A stretch of 64,000 nucleotides of DNA from Chiloscyllium plagiosum. Lineage: Eukaryota. The stretch lies in contig NC_057718.1 in the NCBI RefSeq assembly GCF_004010195.1, positions 79,489,721-79,553,720 on the forward strand. Reading direction: 5' to 3'. Both the position numbers and the translations under genes were made by a program. The notes under the pieces were generated by a model. The model searched no databases. It worked only from the letters and a program-made list of their open reading frames with translations, and was not told the DNA's origin. The first letter of the stretch is position 1, and each line of letters starts with the position of its first letter. Shown piece by piece: positions 40,973-55,520 of this stretch.

Positions 40973-43900
40973 CTACAATGATTATACAGTGACAAATGAA
41001 ATAAGAAGACAAATATAAACACAGTATTCTTAACAATACCTACAACAGGAGTGAGATGAATGGGGACATTAAGAATTTATTAACTAAATGGCATGATGCT
41101 TTAGGGTTGTTCGGATAAATAGAAGAGTCAGCACAGGAGCAATGTATTTCACTTAACCACAGTAGGCAGAAGAAAGTAAAAATAGCTTTCAAAACTACTT
41201 AACCTAGGTTAAAGATAGGAGTGCAGCAGGATCTAGACTATGCACAGGAACAGGATAATGGAAGTAATTAGAATAGGGCTAAGAATTCATTAGTACCATT
41301 AGCATCATATTACACAGACAGCAAAAGCAGACAACCAGATAGGGAGGTTAAGGGGGCAAAGACCAAAATTAGATGTGCTTATATCAATATATACAAATCC
41401 CACAAGCACTTAAGTATAAAACAGTAGAACTAGCTGCAGTTGTAGCAACTCATATTTCCAATGTCACAGCTCGTAGAGTCATGGCTAAACCAAAAAAATT
41501 GATGTGAATATAAAATATAAGAAAATGGGACATGCAGGAAACCTAGGGGAACAGACAAAATTTGAAACTTTTCCTATATGTCAAAGAGACTTGGTTGTTA
41601 AGGTAATTAAACTAACATTACAGAAAATTGGGTAGTGATCCATTTTATTATGAGATAAAATATGAAACCAATGAAATAACTTTAATCAGCGAGCATGAAC
41701 TTGAACAAGAAATGTCAGAGATATCACAGAAAAAGGTTTCTATATACAGGCGGTCTGACAACATCTGTGGAATTAGAAATAGTTAAGATTTCAAGTTGAT
41801 TATTTTTTGCTAGAGATGTTTATACACCAATCTTTCAATATGCAAAGTATTTAATAAAGAGCCTGGGGACTTAGATTCAAAAGGTTCAGGTCATATGAGT
41901 GATGGAGGAATGATTTTGACCAAGCCATTATACATTCTGGAGTTTTGACGGTTGGTCCTCTGTCCAAATAAGTTCAGGCCCATAAATCAGCCTGATAGTC
42001 AGTTCTGGCTCATCAGTTGGGAAAAATTCTGAATGAGGTTACAGCTCAGAAGGATTTTGGTAGTTTTCACCAGAGTTAGTGAGAACTTTTGTTGGCATCG
42101 AGGTCTGGAGGGTTAGGTTGGGGTTGATTTGAATGGGCTCGGATCCCATGTAGATGCTGCCAATCCCAGAGAGATTTACCTGATCGCAGGTAAATGTCTG
42201 ATCATAGGAGTGGAGAGCGGTGGTCACTGGTTTTAGGGAATATTTGATTTCTCATTTGTAGTGTGGATTCTGAGTATGGGAGATTCTTTATATTGCATGT
42301 GTCCAATCATGAAGGAAGGAGTCCAATGGAATAAGGTAAACTTAATAGGCTTGGAGGAAGCACTTCCTATCTTCTGGCACAAAAGAAATATTAAAAAGGC
42401 ATTTACCTTGCTGAGAAATAAGTCATAAGCTTCTTTTAGCTGTCGGGTTTCCCAAGGCTCAAACAATACAGCTGGTCAGGACAAAACTTGAAACATAGAT
42501 TAGATAATGAGGCTCACGGCCTTACTTTAATGTTTAGAGGGCCAATCCATCTTCTGGGAGTTGAGGTGGTTGGTTGCCTACCCAAAACCATCCTTCATTA
42601 AAGTTACAGGGGATAAGTTACGGGTAGGTGCCCAATTCAGGAAATCACAGGCCCTTCATTTCTCGCTAATTAATTTTGATGAATGAAAGTATTGTTGGCA
42701 GCATACACACTGTTTCCTGCTACTTACATCTGGCAGACAAGAGTCAAAGCATGAAAATTTCCTCGTGTATGTCAGAGACCCAAAACCCAAGAAGTTAAAT
42801 TCTGGACTTGCTTTTGTGAATGATGCAGTTACTATTCATACAGTAAACATAGCTCAAGCACTGGGTGGTCCATGGCAACATCAACTTGAATTGAGAAACA
42901 GTAAAAGCAATTAATTAAATCCTAGTGTGTATAACTTCAAGTAGACAAACTCTTGTGGCATTAGGGTCAAGCTTAGCAAAAACGAATCAGGACTACCATT
43001 TAAGAACAAATTTGCAAAGGATAAACAGGCTTCCCTCCAAAAGTGGAACATTCTGTGTAAATTTATATCTAACTGTAGCAAAGAAAAAGTCAACAACAAA
43101 GTTCCAATTCATATTTAATGAGAAATGAGAAAGGGTATTGGAAAATAAATTAATAAAAGCGTGACTAACGAATTGAATAAATATTGTCCAAGAACAGATC
43201 AAGAAGGTTTAGGCTTCACCATAGATTAGATAAGTTAAAAGTGGAGAGGGGGATTCAAAATGTGATACTTAAAAAAAACCTTCAAAACAATGAAAGAGAA
43301 CTATACACAATTGAATGTGAAAAAACATTGGGAATGCCAACACCTGCAAATCACACACCATCTTAACTTGGAACTATATCACCATTCCTTCAGTGTCTTA
43401 GGGTTAAAAGTCTGGTAATTCCTTCCCAACAGCTCTGTGAGTGTTTCTACAAGTTCCCCAAAGACTGTAGTGATTCAAGAAGATTATTCACCACCACCTT
43501 CCCCATGGTAATAAAAACTAGCGTAGAAATGACCACATCGCTTGTTCGAAAAAAATAAAACAATATATAATTTTATGTCCTAAAGTTATGGGTAAATCAC
43601 CACAAGCGACCTTTAATTTGGCTACTTACTAAGAAATCTCACAGACAATCAAGTACTGAAACAATGATATAAACTTTATTACATGTATCAACCAAAATAA
43701 GATCCCGCAAGTGTCCAAGTTAAGCCTCACAATTCAACTTGGCTGTTACCCAATTAATGGTGGAATTTAGCTAAGTTTCCAACCAGCAGTATCTGTCTCA
43801 GGATGTGTCCAGATTTCAAATCTTGTGCAGCATTGTTTTTCAAAGTTCAGTTGCTAAATTGTTCTCGTGTTGGATTCTTATACAATTTTCTTTTGTCCTT

Positions 43901-46900
43901 CAGTTCTATGATGTGATATTATTGATGATTCTTTAGATTCTTTCATCCACAATATTGCAAGTCTGCAGCTTGCCTTTTTATGAAAAGTAACTTCTTTGTC
44001 CCTTGTTACATTTGGCCTAATTGGCTATTTAAAGACACAGCTTTTCACAGTTAACTCCTTAAATTCTTCTGCAATCAATTATCCTTGTGGCAATGAAGTA
44101 AATAGTTACTAAACAAACATCGAAAGAGTTTTGTTCATGTAGCTCCATGGCTAATTATTTTCAATTCCTGCATAAGTTTGTACTTGTCACTTAATAGTTT
44201 ATTTCAGACAGTTATTGCTGCTTCTTTCTGTTTTAACAGTTTATGTTTGTTGATTTTTTTCAATCCACTAAGTTATTGAAGTTCTGGAGTCTATAGTATC
44301 ACATCAGTAAAATTCTCAGTCTATCAGGCAGACCAACCCTGACTCGAAGAAGAGTTTAAGACTGTGTGCTTGGAGCAGCTAAACATAGATCGAGGCAATG
44401 CAATCCACAGATCAGATTAAAACTTTTCAGTACTGCCGCATCCAGTTGTGAATAGTAATGGACAATTAAATTACTAATAAGAGGAGAAGATTCCAAGTAT
44501 GTTCCTATTCAATTCATGAAACGGTTGTGTACACTTAATGTCAAAAAGACTCTGGGTCCTTTTGCGAAGCTGTTCAAAGCAAGTTACACTACAACAATGC
44601 AGAAATTTTTCCCGTCTCTTATACAAAGAAAGCAGGTTAAACCCAAATTGCCCGTTGGTCCACTTGCAATCATCAGTAAAGTGATAGAGGGTGTCATTGA
44701 CAATTATTGCCACTTCTTCGCTGTGCTGTGAAAAACTCTTGGATCATATTGACTACAGCAAGAAAGTGGTTCACCTCAAGGTTAATTAGGGATGGGCAAT
44801 AAATATTAGACTTGCAAGGCAAATAACATTTGTTCAGATTTCTCCTTGCCTTCATTTCCTCCTCCACATTACTCACTCTCACCGACAGTGCTTAGATTGT
44901 CAATTTTAATCTGGCATATTCTTGAAGATTTAATGAGATATCGTTTGAACACATGATCACACTGATGATACTTATTGTGTGTTGTGCCGTATGGGCATGC
45001 AGAGATGACATGCACCAGGTTCTATGGATGAACAAGAGCGTTATCTCAATTCCTTTAAAATATTTCATATCTCAGGCTTGTTGCTCAATCTCTGTTTCTC
45101 TGCAACTAGAGGCTTGATACACAGCACAGTGACCAGTCAACAGACACTCCCTCCCCAGGGTGCGTCATCCTCCCAATACCTCCTCAGAGTGTGTTAACCT
45201 CCCCCTCCCTCCCCAGAGTATGTTGCTTTCTCACCAACAAAGGATCCACAGAGATTCCAGGTAATGTTCGTTAGCCCTGACACACTGTCACGATCACAAC
45301 TGAGAAAGAATTAAGTAGGAGTTTGCACTTTATGTGAGGACCTCAACATCTACATCAAATGTGTGTCTGTAACAGTCATCCTGTTGTGATTTCACTTGAT
45401 TTGGCCAAATAGTGGTCAGAAGGCAGACTTGGTATCAACTAAGGATGGCGAATAAGCTGTCAAAGCTGCCAACAGGAGGTCCTCCAGTACTGCAAAGCAG
45501 CAGCCTGCAGTTCAAGCCAGAAAGATAGAAAGGGCTTCTTTATTTTGAGGCAAATACTCTCCAACATTCAGAACTTTTACATTCGGAAATGCCCGCTGCA
45601 GCCAGGGCACCAGATAACTCTTCCTCAAGATATCCTGAGGAAGGCTGGCAGAGAGGGCCTCAAAGCCTCCCTGGAGCACAAATCTTTCACTGTGCTGCTG
45701 AAAGGATGTCTTCAGGCATCTGGCCTACTGAGGGATTTCCTTGTGACAGGACCAGTGACTCCAATCCTTTCTCCAGGAAACTGTGAGGCCTGCAGATGCT
45801 GGAGAAGTCAGAGTCAATCTCGCTGAGGTCCTTGTGGAAGGAGGAGGAGAACTTTTTCAAGATGGGCATATCCTTGGAGGAGGGGAGAAATTCTTCAAGG
45901 TGGGCATCCTTGGAAAAGGGGAGACCTTTTTCAAAGTGGGTTCTCATCCTCCTTCATCCAGGAAATGTCCCAGGTGTGGGTTGGAGCTTGGCATATTAGC
46001 TGGTGGCATGAATTACAAAACCCACTCACCTCTGCACTCACTCTTGTGAGGCCCTAATATACCTGCATGGCATTCTGGATAGTTGAGAGACCAGCAGGGT
46101 CCAGAACAAATAGCTTGTTCACAAGACGCAAGAATCAGCGTACTGCTTTGCTAAACATACAAGCAAAGACAGTTGCTCCTGAGTCTCAAGCAGCAGCATT
46201 CAGGACGTCAATTGCCCATTCCTAGAGACCCCCAAAAAAAGCAGGGATGGTGGGGACTCTGGCTACTGCTGCAGCCTTGAATTGAACAACCAAGTTAACA
46301 GAAGCAGTAAAGCCTGAATAATACCTTGAAACAATGGATAATACTGACAGACTTCTGAAAAATAAAATTGGATAACACATACTAAATAGAGTTGCTCTGT
46401 TCCAATGCATTTAAAAGTAGGAAGCTTCTAACTTGATATAAAGGCAAGGTATATCATTTTATTCCTCGGACGTGGAGTTCAAATTCAACTCGGCTGAAAT
46501 ATGAAAGTACTGTATCCTGGTCAATTACTAACAGACCCTAAGTGACATATAACTCCTGAGTGACCATGAACAATAATTTAATCTTCAAGTGCTATCAGTG
46601 AATAACGCCAGGCTCCCTCGTAAAAAGCAGTGGGTTAACAGCGATTCATATAGGTAGGTGGACTGAATCTTTGCACAGGCCCCATACGAGACCAACTATT
46701 GTTAAAGATATTAAAAGCAGTATGTCAAAACATAACACTAAATCTCATTATATATGTTACAAATAGCTGAAATACAAACAGCTGGTTAATAGACAGTGGC
46801 AAACATTTATAAAACATGGATGAATTGCAAAAATTATTGATCTCAGTCTGGCATAAAAATAATATGGGAAATGTGGTCAGGTCATGGCTAATGTAGAAAC

Positions 46901-46989
46901 TTACAGGTAGTATTAAATCCAAGGAAGAGGTATACAAGTTGTTAAAAAAAATGCAACAAAACTGAGAATTGGGAACTGTTTAAAATTCC

Positions 46990-48475
46990 AGCAAGAGAAA
47001 GAGACTGTTAAGAGGAGAAAAATAGAGTATGAGAATAAGCTTGCAGGGAACATGCAGACTAATCATAAAAGCTTCTGTAGAATTAGTAAAGACAAATATA
47101 GGTGTAGTGATTGGGACCAGGTGGACCTTGTTGACTATGAGGTTCTTGATTGGGTTTTTTTAAACCTGGGCCAGTCAGGAAAGCCTCGGGGAGGGGGGCG
47201 GGGAGGCAGTGGGTATGGTTTACTTGGATTTTCAAAAGCCTTTTAATAAGGTCCCACATAACAGATTCATGTGTAAAATTAAAGTGCATGGGATTGGAGG
47301 TCATATATTGAAATGTATTGAGAACTAGTTGGCAGCAGGAAACAAAGAGTAGGAATCTTTTTCTTTGAGTGGTAGTCACTAGTGGGGTACCACAGGGATC
47401 AAGGATCAAGGATTCATAATACATAATAATGGTTTAAATGAGGAAACTCTGTCATATCTCCAGGTTTGCAGATGACACAAAGTTTGTTGGGAGGATATGC
47501 TGTGAGGAGGATGCAGAGAAGTTTCAGTGTGATTTGGACAAGTCAAGTAAGTGGGTAAAATACATGGCAGATGCAGTATGTGAATAAATGTGAAGTTACC
47601 CACTTTGGTAGCAAAAACAAGCAGGCAGATCATTATCTAAATGGCAATAGATTGAAAAAGTGACCTGGGTGTATTTGTACCCCAGTCACTGAAAGTGATG
47701 TTGCAGGTGCAGTTGCTTGTGAAGGTGGCAACTGATATGTTAGCATTTAGATCACGAGGATTCAAGCATAGGGGCATGGATTGCTGCAGCTGTACAGGAC
47801 TTTAGTGAGAATACACACCTGGAGTGCAGTTTGCAGTTTTGGTCTCCCTATCTGAGAAATGATCTTCTGGCTATTAAGGGAATGCAACACAGGTTTACCA
47901 AACTAATTCCTGGGAGAGACAAGCAGAAGGCAGGAAGAACACAGTAAGCCAGGCAGCATCAGGAGAAGGAGAATTCAATGTTTTGGCCATAACCCTTCTT
48001 CAGGACTGATTCCTGGGATAGCAGGACTGATGTAAGGGGAAAGACTGGCTCAGTTAGGACTATATCCAACTGAGTTTAGAAGAATGGGAGGGTATGGAAT
48101 TTCACAGAAACTTTTCAAATTCTAACAGGATTACACAGGTCACATGCAGGAAGGATGTTCTCAATGATCAGGATGTTCAAAACCAGGGGTCACAATCTAA
48201 GGCTATGAGATAGGCCTTTTAGGACAGAGATGGGGAGGAATTATTTAACCCAGAGAGTGGTGAGCCTGTATAAATCACTGCCACAGGAAATTGTTGAGGC
48301 CCAAACATTGAAGACTTTCAAGAAAGATGTGGATATAGCTCTTAGGACTGAAGGTATCAAAGGATAAGGGGAGAAAGCAGGAATAAGGTACTGAGTTGGA
48401 TGATCAGTCATGATCATAATGAATGGTAGACCAAGCTCAAAGGGCTACTCCTGCTCCTCCATTCTATGTTTTCTA
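46990..48475 (+). mobile_element. Old CR1 LINE fragment
   Basis: YLDFQKAF, SGVPQGS and FADD encoded in broken frames; ttctatg tail. Confidence 0.8.
47916..48004 (-). mobile_element. 89-bp PLE terminal insertion with degenerate hammerhead
   Basis: TSD act(a/g)attcctggga at 47902-47915 and 48005-48018; cccttcttcagga. Confidence 0.7.
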
Positions 48476-48859
48476 CAGTTCAAACTTCCTCTTTCCTACA
48501 ATTCTTACTCCACATTGCTCATTCTCACAACTTTGCCAATAATTAGATACAAATTGGATAGTTTCCTCGAACAGTTAATTTAGAATAGAATATAAGAAAT
48601 GAGAGAAAAACAATGGTGCAATGGGGAGTTCTCTTCTAAGATTGTGTTTACGTACATTGTTTGAACAACAAACCCTGGAACTTCATTTATATCTCATTAA
48701 AACAGAAAGGCTTACTGGATTACTGTGTACTTAATGGATACATTTAATTTGTCAGCATTGTTATTTGATATTCTAATTCACCTAAACACTTCTACTGAAG
48801 CTTAAATGCATTCTTGAATTAGTGCTTGTACTTATATTCCTGTTACTGATTACTTCAAC

Positions 48860-49185
48860 CCTCACTCCAGAATTTGAACATACAATAGCAACTTCATTAC
48901 TGTGAAAGCCGCACTGTCTTAAAAGCTATATTTTTGATGAGGCATTAAATCAAGATTCTATCGGCTCTTTCAGATCAACTCATGAGATCCTAAGGCAGTA
49001 CTCAAAAAGTAATGAAATTCTTCCAGCGTCCTGGGCAACATTTCCCCCAAACCAACACCATCAAAAGCAGAGTAAATCATTATGGGACCTTGCTGTGCAC
49101 ATATTGGTTTGTGCATTTACATACAAAACATCAGTACTATTGCACTTTAGGATATTCTGTGGGTGTGAAAATCAGTACATAAATC
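48860..49185 (+). mobile_element. Old Deu-domain SINE
   Basis: gtcctgggcaacatt..., tgggaccttgctgtgcacatattgg; similar to 9060-9240 and 61000-61280. Confidence 0.55.
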
Positions 49186-49699
49186 TCTTTCCAACAGTGT
49201 TGCTGTCAGCAATACGCAACATATATTTATAAAGTATTTTCAATATCCGTCTATTTGGAACCTAGAAATTAAAGAACCACATGCAGAATCCCATCAAACA
49301 GGTTACTCAGAAGATATAATCAGAAAATCAAGGACTGGATACTGCACAGAAGAACACTGCTCAGACCCTTGAGGCTATGTCAGATGACTGTAAAAGTAGT
49401 TCACCTAGTGCCGCTCAACTCGCAAATTTTCCCTCTTCAGATGATGATTCAATTCCATTTTGATAGCCATTATTAAATTGACGCACACCACACTCTCAGG
49501 TTGTGCATATCACTTGCTGCAGGTCGTTCTCGTAAAATTATGATATCTCATCCATCCTTTGTCTGGCCATCTGATTGTATAGATCACTTACCCAGGCCCA
49601 GTTCATTAACCTTTTTAAGGCGTGGCTGGCCCTTCATCTGGACTGTGGAAATGGGACTTAAGTGGATGGTAACTTCAGGCCAGGCTGTCAGAGTCTGGT

Positions 49700-49952
49700 A
49701 CAAAAACAGAAATTATTGTAAAAGCTCAGCAGGTCTGGCAGTATCCGTGAAGAGAAATCAGAGTTAACGTTTTGGGTTGAGTGATTTTTCCTCAGTATTC
49801 AGTTCTGAGGAGGTGTCTGAGAAAAGCTCACTTTACCCGAAACATTAATTCTGACTTCTCTCCACAGACGCTGCCAGACCTGTTGAGCTTTTTCAGCAAT
49901 TTCTATTTCTGTTACTGATCGACAGCATCTGCAGTTCTTTTGGTTTTTATTT
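49700..49952. mobile_element. Fold-back PLE terminal insertion
   Basis: About 95-nt inverted arms (gcaggtctggcag / ctgccagacctg); imperfect TSD tgtcaga(g/c)tct at 49686-49696 and 49953-49963. Confidence 0.75.
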
Positions 49953-50209
49953 TGTCAGACTCTTGTGGCTCGTTCTCTTCTCACAGTCCTCTGGGAAGAT
50001 GAATCCTCTTTTTTTGCTTCTTAACTAGGACCTCCAGGTCCCCACTGGTGAATTGTGGTGCATTTTCACACTTCTCTGACATCTTCTGATAACGTCTTTG
50101 ACTGAGCAGGGTAGTTTTGGAATGCCAGTACTTGTTCAAGTGCACAGCAGTCTTTTAAAGATGACAAGGCTGCAAGAGATGCTGATGTTTTGGCAGATAT
50201 CCGCTGAAT

Positions 50210-50517
50210 GGGCAGTACGGTGGCTTAGTGGTTAGCACTGCTGCCTCACAGTGCCAGGGACCTGGGTTCAATCCCCACATCGGGTGACTGTCTGTGTGGA
50301 GTTTGCACATTCTCCCTGTGTCTGCGTGGGTTTCCTCCCACAATCCAAAGATATGCACATCAAGTGAAATGGTCATGCTAAATTGCCCATTGTGTTAGCT
50401 GCATTAGTCAGGAGTAAATATAGGATAGGGGAATGGGTCTGTAAGGGTTACTCTTCGGAGGGTCGGTGTGGGCTTGTTGGGCCGAAGGGCCTGTTTCCAC
50501 ACTATAGGGAATCTAAC
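50210..50517 (+). mobile_element. HE1-like SINE
   Basis: A and B boxes, core and CR1-like tail. Confidence 0.88.
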
Positions 50518-51484
50518 CTTATTTGGGGAAGGGTACATAATAAATTAGGACTGGAATAGGACATGAGGGATGCAATTGGGTCAAGGAGTAAAGATGAGGT
50601 GAGTTTGGTAAGACATGGCAAGTAAACATGCTAGGTCCAATTGCAGAATCCCTTACAAACATTCAATGAAATTTGGACTTAGGCAAAAAAAGCTAAGATT
50701 CATCTCTAGATCTCCTCCATGAGCTCTTTCTCACTCTAGTCATGTAATCTTGCATCACCATTATGTCATGACCTCTTAGATTCATGCTATTAACTCTTAC
50801 TCCACACACAGGCCTCTCAAGATTCTGCTCATTGGTTCTGCAGCGATACAGGTTCAATTCTTCCATGTAATGACAACGTAGATTAGATATGGTATTGGAT
50901 TCAATGATTTGTGAAATTGCTTAATAAAAGTGCTTTTGTTTAAAGGAGTGAAATACCTTAATTTAATTATGTTTTCATTTCCAAATTTTGCAAATTAATA
51001 TATAAATTTAGTATGTGCTGTTCACTTTTTAAAATTTAGTTTGACTCTTACACCATCTTGGAATTAGTTCTCCAAATAATTTGCCAGCCTTCATGAAGTA
51101 ATGCACAGCAGCAAGCTTCACTTTTAGTTCAAAAATCATTCAAAACATCTCTAATAATTTTCATTTCATAGTTAGAATATGTCAACAGAGATGATATGCA
51201 GTAATTATTGATACCTCTGGTTTCAGAGAAAATAACTTCTCCTACGTAACCTTGCCATGCACAGCCATCTCAAAGACATCATTAGATAAGATATACATTT
51301 GTCAAATAGTGGCAACGACAAAGCAGTGAATTTTATGATAAGACTACAGTCCCACTGTAACAGAAGCAGCAACTTCTCCTCCTTGGGTGGGGCTTTACTG
51401 GTTGCATGGAATGTTCCAGGGCTGGCCAATTAACAGTCAGTAGATGTAATGGAGAAGAAACTGTATCAAATTTACAGAGGAACC

Positions 51485-54260
51485 CATAGCAATTACAGAA
51501 ACATGGCTCAGGGATGAACAGGCCTGGCAGCTTAATGTTCCAGGATACAAATGCTACAGAAAGGACAAAAGGGAAGCAAGAGAGGAGGAGGATTGGTGTT
51601 TTTGAGAAGGGATAGCAATCCAGCTGTACTGAGGGAGGATATCCCAGATATACATCCAGGGAAGTTACTTGGTTTGAACTAAGAAATAAGAAAGGGATGA
51701 TCACCTTATTGGGATTGTATTATAGACCCCCATAATAGCCAGCAGGAAATTGAGACACAAATGTGTAAGATCTCTGTAAGAATATCTGTGAAAATAATAG
51801 GGTAGTTATGGTAGGGGATTTTAACTTTCTAAACATAGACTGGGACTGGCATAGTGTTAAGGGTTTAGATGGAGAGGAATTTATTAAGCATGTACAAGAA
51901 AATTTTCTGATTCAGTATGTGGATGTACCTACTAGAGGAGGTGCAAACCTTGACCTACACTTGGGAAATAAGGCAGGGCAGGTGACTGAGGTGTCAGTGG
52001 GGGAGCACTTTGGGACCAATGACCAAATTTTATTAGTTTTAAAATAGTGATGGAAAAGGATAGAGTAGATTTAAATGTTGAAGTTCTAAATTGGAGAAAG
52101 GCCAATTTTGACAGTATTAGGCAAGAACTTTCAAAAAATGATCGGGAATGGATGTTTGCAGGTAAAGGGACAGCTGGAAAATAGGAATCCTTCAGAAATG
52201 AAATAACGAGAGTCCAGAGACAATGTATTCCTGTTGGGGTGAAAGGAAAAGCCGGTAGCTATCGAGAATGCGAGATGACTAAAGACATTTAGGGTTTGAT
52301 TAAGAAAACAAAGGAAGCATATGTCAGGTACAGAAAGGATAGATTGAGTGAATTCTCAGAAGAGTATAAAGGCAGCAAGAGTATACTTAAAAGGGAAATC
52401 AGGAGGGCAAAAAGGGGACATAAGATAACTTTGGCAAATACAGTTAAGCAGAATCCAAAGGGTTTTTATAAATACATTAAGGACAACAGGGTAACTATGG
52501 AGAGAATAGGGCCCTTCAAAGAACAGCAAGGCGGCCTTTGTGTGGGGCCGTAAGAGATGGGGGAAATACTAAAAGAGTATTTTGCATCAGTATTTACTGT
52601 GGAAAAAGATATGGAAGATATAGAATGTAGGGAAATTGATGGTGACATCTTGAAAAATGTCCATATTACAGAGGAGGAAGTGCTGGATGTCTTGAAATGC
52701 ATAAAATTGGATAAATCTCCAAGGCCTGATCAGGTGTACCCTCAAACTCCGTGAAAAGCTAGGGAAATGATTGCTGGGCTTCTTGCTGAGATATTTGTAT
52801 CATTGATAGTCACAGGTGAGGTGCCGGCAGACTGGAGGTTGGCTAAAGAGGTGCCACTATTTAAGAAAGGTAGTAAGGACAAGCCAGGGAAGTATAGACT
52901 GATGAGTCTGATGTCAGTGGTGGGCAACTTGTCGGAGGGAATCCCGAGGGATAGGATTTACACGTACTTGGAAAGGCAAGGACTGATTAGAAATAGTCAA
53001 CATGGCTTTGTGCGTGGAAAATCATGTTTCACAAACGTGACTGAGTTTTTTGAAGAAGTATCAAAGAGGATTGTTGAGGGCAGAGCGGTAGACGTGATCC
53101 ATATGGACTTCAGTAAAGCATTCGACAAGATTCCCCATGGAAAACTGGTTAGCAAGGTTAGATCTCATGGAATACAGGGAGAAATAGCCATTTGGATACA
53201 GAACTGGCTCAAAGGTAGCAGATAGAGGGTGGTAGTTGAGGATTCTTTTTCAGACTGGAGGCCTGTGACCAGTGGAGTGCCACAAGGATCGGTGCTGAGT
53301 CCACGATTTTTTGTCATTTATATAAATGATTTCGCTGCAAGCATAAGAGGTATAGTTAGTAAATTTGCAGATGACACCAGAATTGGATGTGTAGTGGACA
53401 GCGAAGAAGGTTACCTCGGATTACAATGGGATCTTGATCAGATGGGTCAATGGGCTGAAGAGTGGCATTTGGAATTTAATTTAGATAAATACAAGGTGCT
53501 GCATTTTAGGAAAACAAATCTTAGCAGGACTTATACACTTAATGGTAAGGTCCTAGGGAGTGCAGATTCATAGCTCCTTGAAAGTAGAGTTGCAGGTAGA
53601 GAGGTTAGTGAAAAAGGAATTTGGTATGCTTTCCTTTATTTGTCAGAGCATAGAGTACAGGAGTTGGAAGGTCATGTTGCGGCTGTACTGGGCATTGGTT
53701 AGGCCACTGTTGGAATATTGCGTGCAATTCTGGTCTCCTCCTTATCATAAAGATGTTGTGAAACCTGAAAGGGTTCAGAAAAGATTTACAAGGATGTTGC
53801 CAGGATTGGAGGATTTGAGCTATAGGGAGAGGTTGAATAGGCTGGGGCTGTTTTCCCTGGATGTTGAGGGGTGACCTTTTGGAGGTTTACAAAATCATGA
53901 GGGGCATGGATAAAGTAAATAGACAAGGTCTTTTCCCTGGGGTGGGGGAGTCCAGTACTAGAGGGCATACGTTTAGGGTGAGAGGGGAAAGATATAAAAG
54001 AGACCTCAGGGGCAACTTTTTCATGCAGAAGGTGGCACAAGTATGGAATGAACTGCCAGAGGAAGTGGTGGAGGCTAGTACAATTGCAACATTTAACAGG
54101 CATCTGGATGGGTATATGAATAGGAAGGGTTTGGAGGGATATGGGCCGGGTGCTGGCAGGAGGGATTAGATTGAGTTGGGATATCTGGTCGGCGAAGACG
54201 ATTTGGTCCAAAGGGTCTGTTTCCGTGCTGTACTTCTCTATGGCTCTATGACTATATGAC
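51485..54260 (+). mobile_element. CR1 LINE with most of ORF2 (APE endonuclease and RT), pseudogenised
   Basis: AITETW, GLYYRPP, VGDFNF, LDL endonuclease motifs; QHGF, DFSKAFD, PQGSVL, FADD; several stops and frameshifts; (ctatga)n tail. Confidence 0.93.
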
Positions 54261-54274
54261 AAAGGCTGGAGTAT

Positions 54275-54406
54275 TTTGTTCAGTTAATCTAATTCCAGAT
54301 AATCCAATGCCAGATAACATTGTTTAGCCGAGCATCAGGACCTTGCGATCTTGCCAGATAAGTCGATATTCGGATAATCGAATGCTGGATAATCGAGGTT
54401 CCTTTG
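54275..54406 (-). mobile_element. Tc1/mariner (pogo/Tigger-like) transposon end
   Basis: Reverse complement of 23356-23485, ending at TA. Confidence 0.65.
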
Positions 54407-54433
54407 TATATAAGGACTGACAACTCCCATTAT

Positions 54434-55404
54434 GGATATAAGTTTGCTTGCTGAGCTGCAAGGTTTGTTTCCAGATTTTTCGTCACCATTCGAGGTAACA
54501 TCATCAGTGAGCCTCCAGTGAAGTGCTGATGTTATGTCCTGCTTTATATTTACATGTTTAGGTTTTCTTGGGCTGGTGGTGTCATTTCCTGTGGTGATGT
54601 CATTCCCCATGTTGATGTCATTTCCGATTTTGGTGATGTCATTTCTTGTTCTTTTTCTTAGAGGGTGGTAAATGGGGCCCAAGTCGATGTGTTTGTTGAT
54701 AGAGTTCTGGTTTGAATGCCATGCTTCTCAGAATTCTCGTGCGTGTATCTGTTTGGCTTATCCTAGGATGGATGTGTTGTCCCAGTCAAACTGGTGTCCT
54801 TCCTCATCTGTATGTAAGGATATTAATGATAATAGGTCATATCTTTTTGTGGTTCGTGGATGTTCATGTATTCTGGTGGCCAGTTTTCAGCCTGTTTGTC
54901 CAATGTAGTGTTTGATACAGTTCTTGCAAGGTATTTTGTAAATGATGTTCATTTTGCTTGTTGTCTAGATTGGGTCTTTTAGGTTTATTAGCTGCTATTT
55001 TAGTGTTGGTGAGTTTGTGGGTTACCATGATGCCAAAAGATCTGTGTAGTCTGGCAGTCATTTCTGACATATCTTTGACGTTGGGGAGACTGGCTCGGGT
55101 TTCTGGGTGCATTTTGTCTGCTTGTTTGAGTTTGTTGCTGAGAAATCAGTGGACTGTGTTCATTGGGTGCCTGTTCTTTTTGAATACGCTATATAGGTGA
55201 TTTCCTCTGCTCTTTGCAGTTCCTTTGTACTGCAGCGTGTGCTCGAAACTAAAGCGTGACATAACATCAGCGCTTCACCAGAAGCTCACTGATAGTGTTA
55301 CCTAGTATACTCATGAAACATCTGAAAACAAACCTCGCAGCTCAGTGAGCAAACCTACATCTAGAACCTTAACCTGAGCTACAAATCTTCTCAAAACTCG
55401 CTAG
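54434..55404 (-). mobile_element. Penelope-like element (Poseidon-like) 3' part with inverted terminal repeat
   Basis: NIIYKIPCKNCIKHYIGQTG GIY-YIG on the minus strand; inverted arms about 54440-54545 / 55258-55360; TSD ctcccattat at 54424-54433 and 55405-55414. Confidence 0.85.
54471..54511 (-). ncRNA. Hammerhead motif (6-bp stem II family)
   Basis: CUCA CUGAUGA U GUUACC UCGAAU GGUGAC GAAA AA UC UGG. Confidence 0.6.
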
Positions 55405-55424
55405 CTCCCATTATAATTGGATAT

Positions 55425-55520
55425 TGTTCTGAAGAAGGGTCATTGAACTTGAAACATTAACTCCATTTTCTCTTCACCAAAGCTGTCAGACCTGCTGAGT
55501 TTCTCCAGAAATTTCTATAT
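55425..55520 (+). mobile_element. PLE terminal fragment with degenerate hammerhead
   Basis: gtt ctgaaga a gggtc attg aactt gaaa ca tt aac. Confidence 0.65.

Noticed and set aside
51485..54260. Active CR1 element
   Set aside because: Lacks ORF1 and the ORF2 start, and has several stops and frameshifts.
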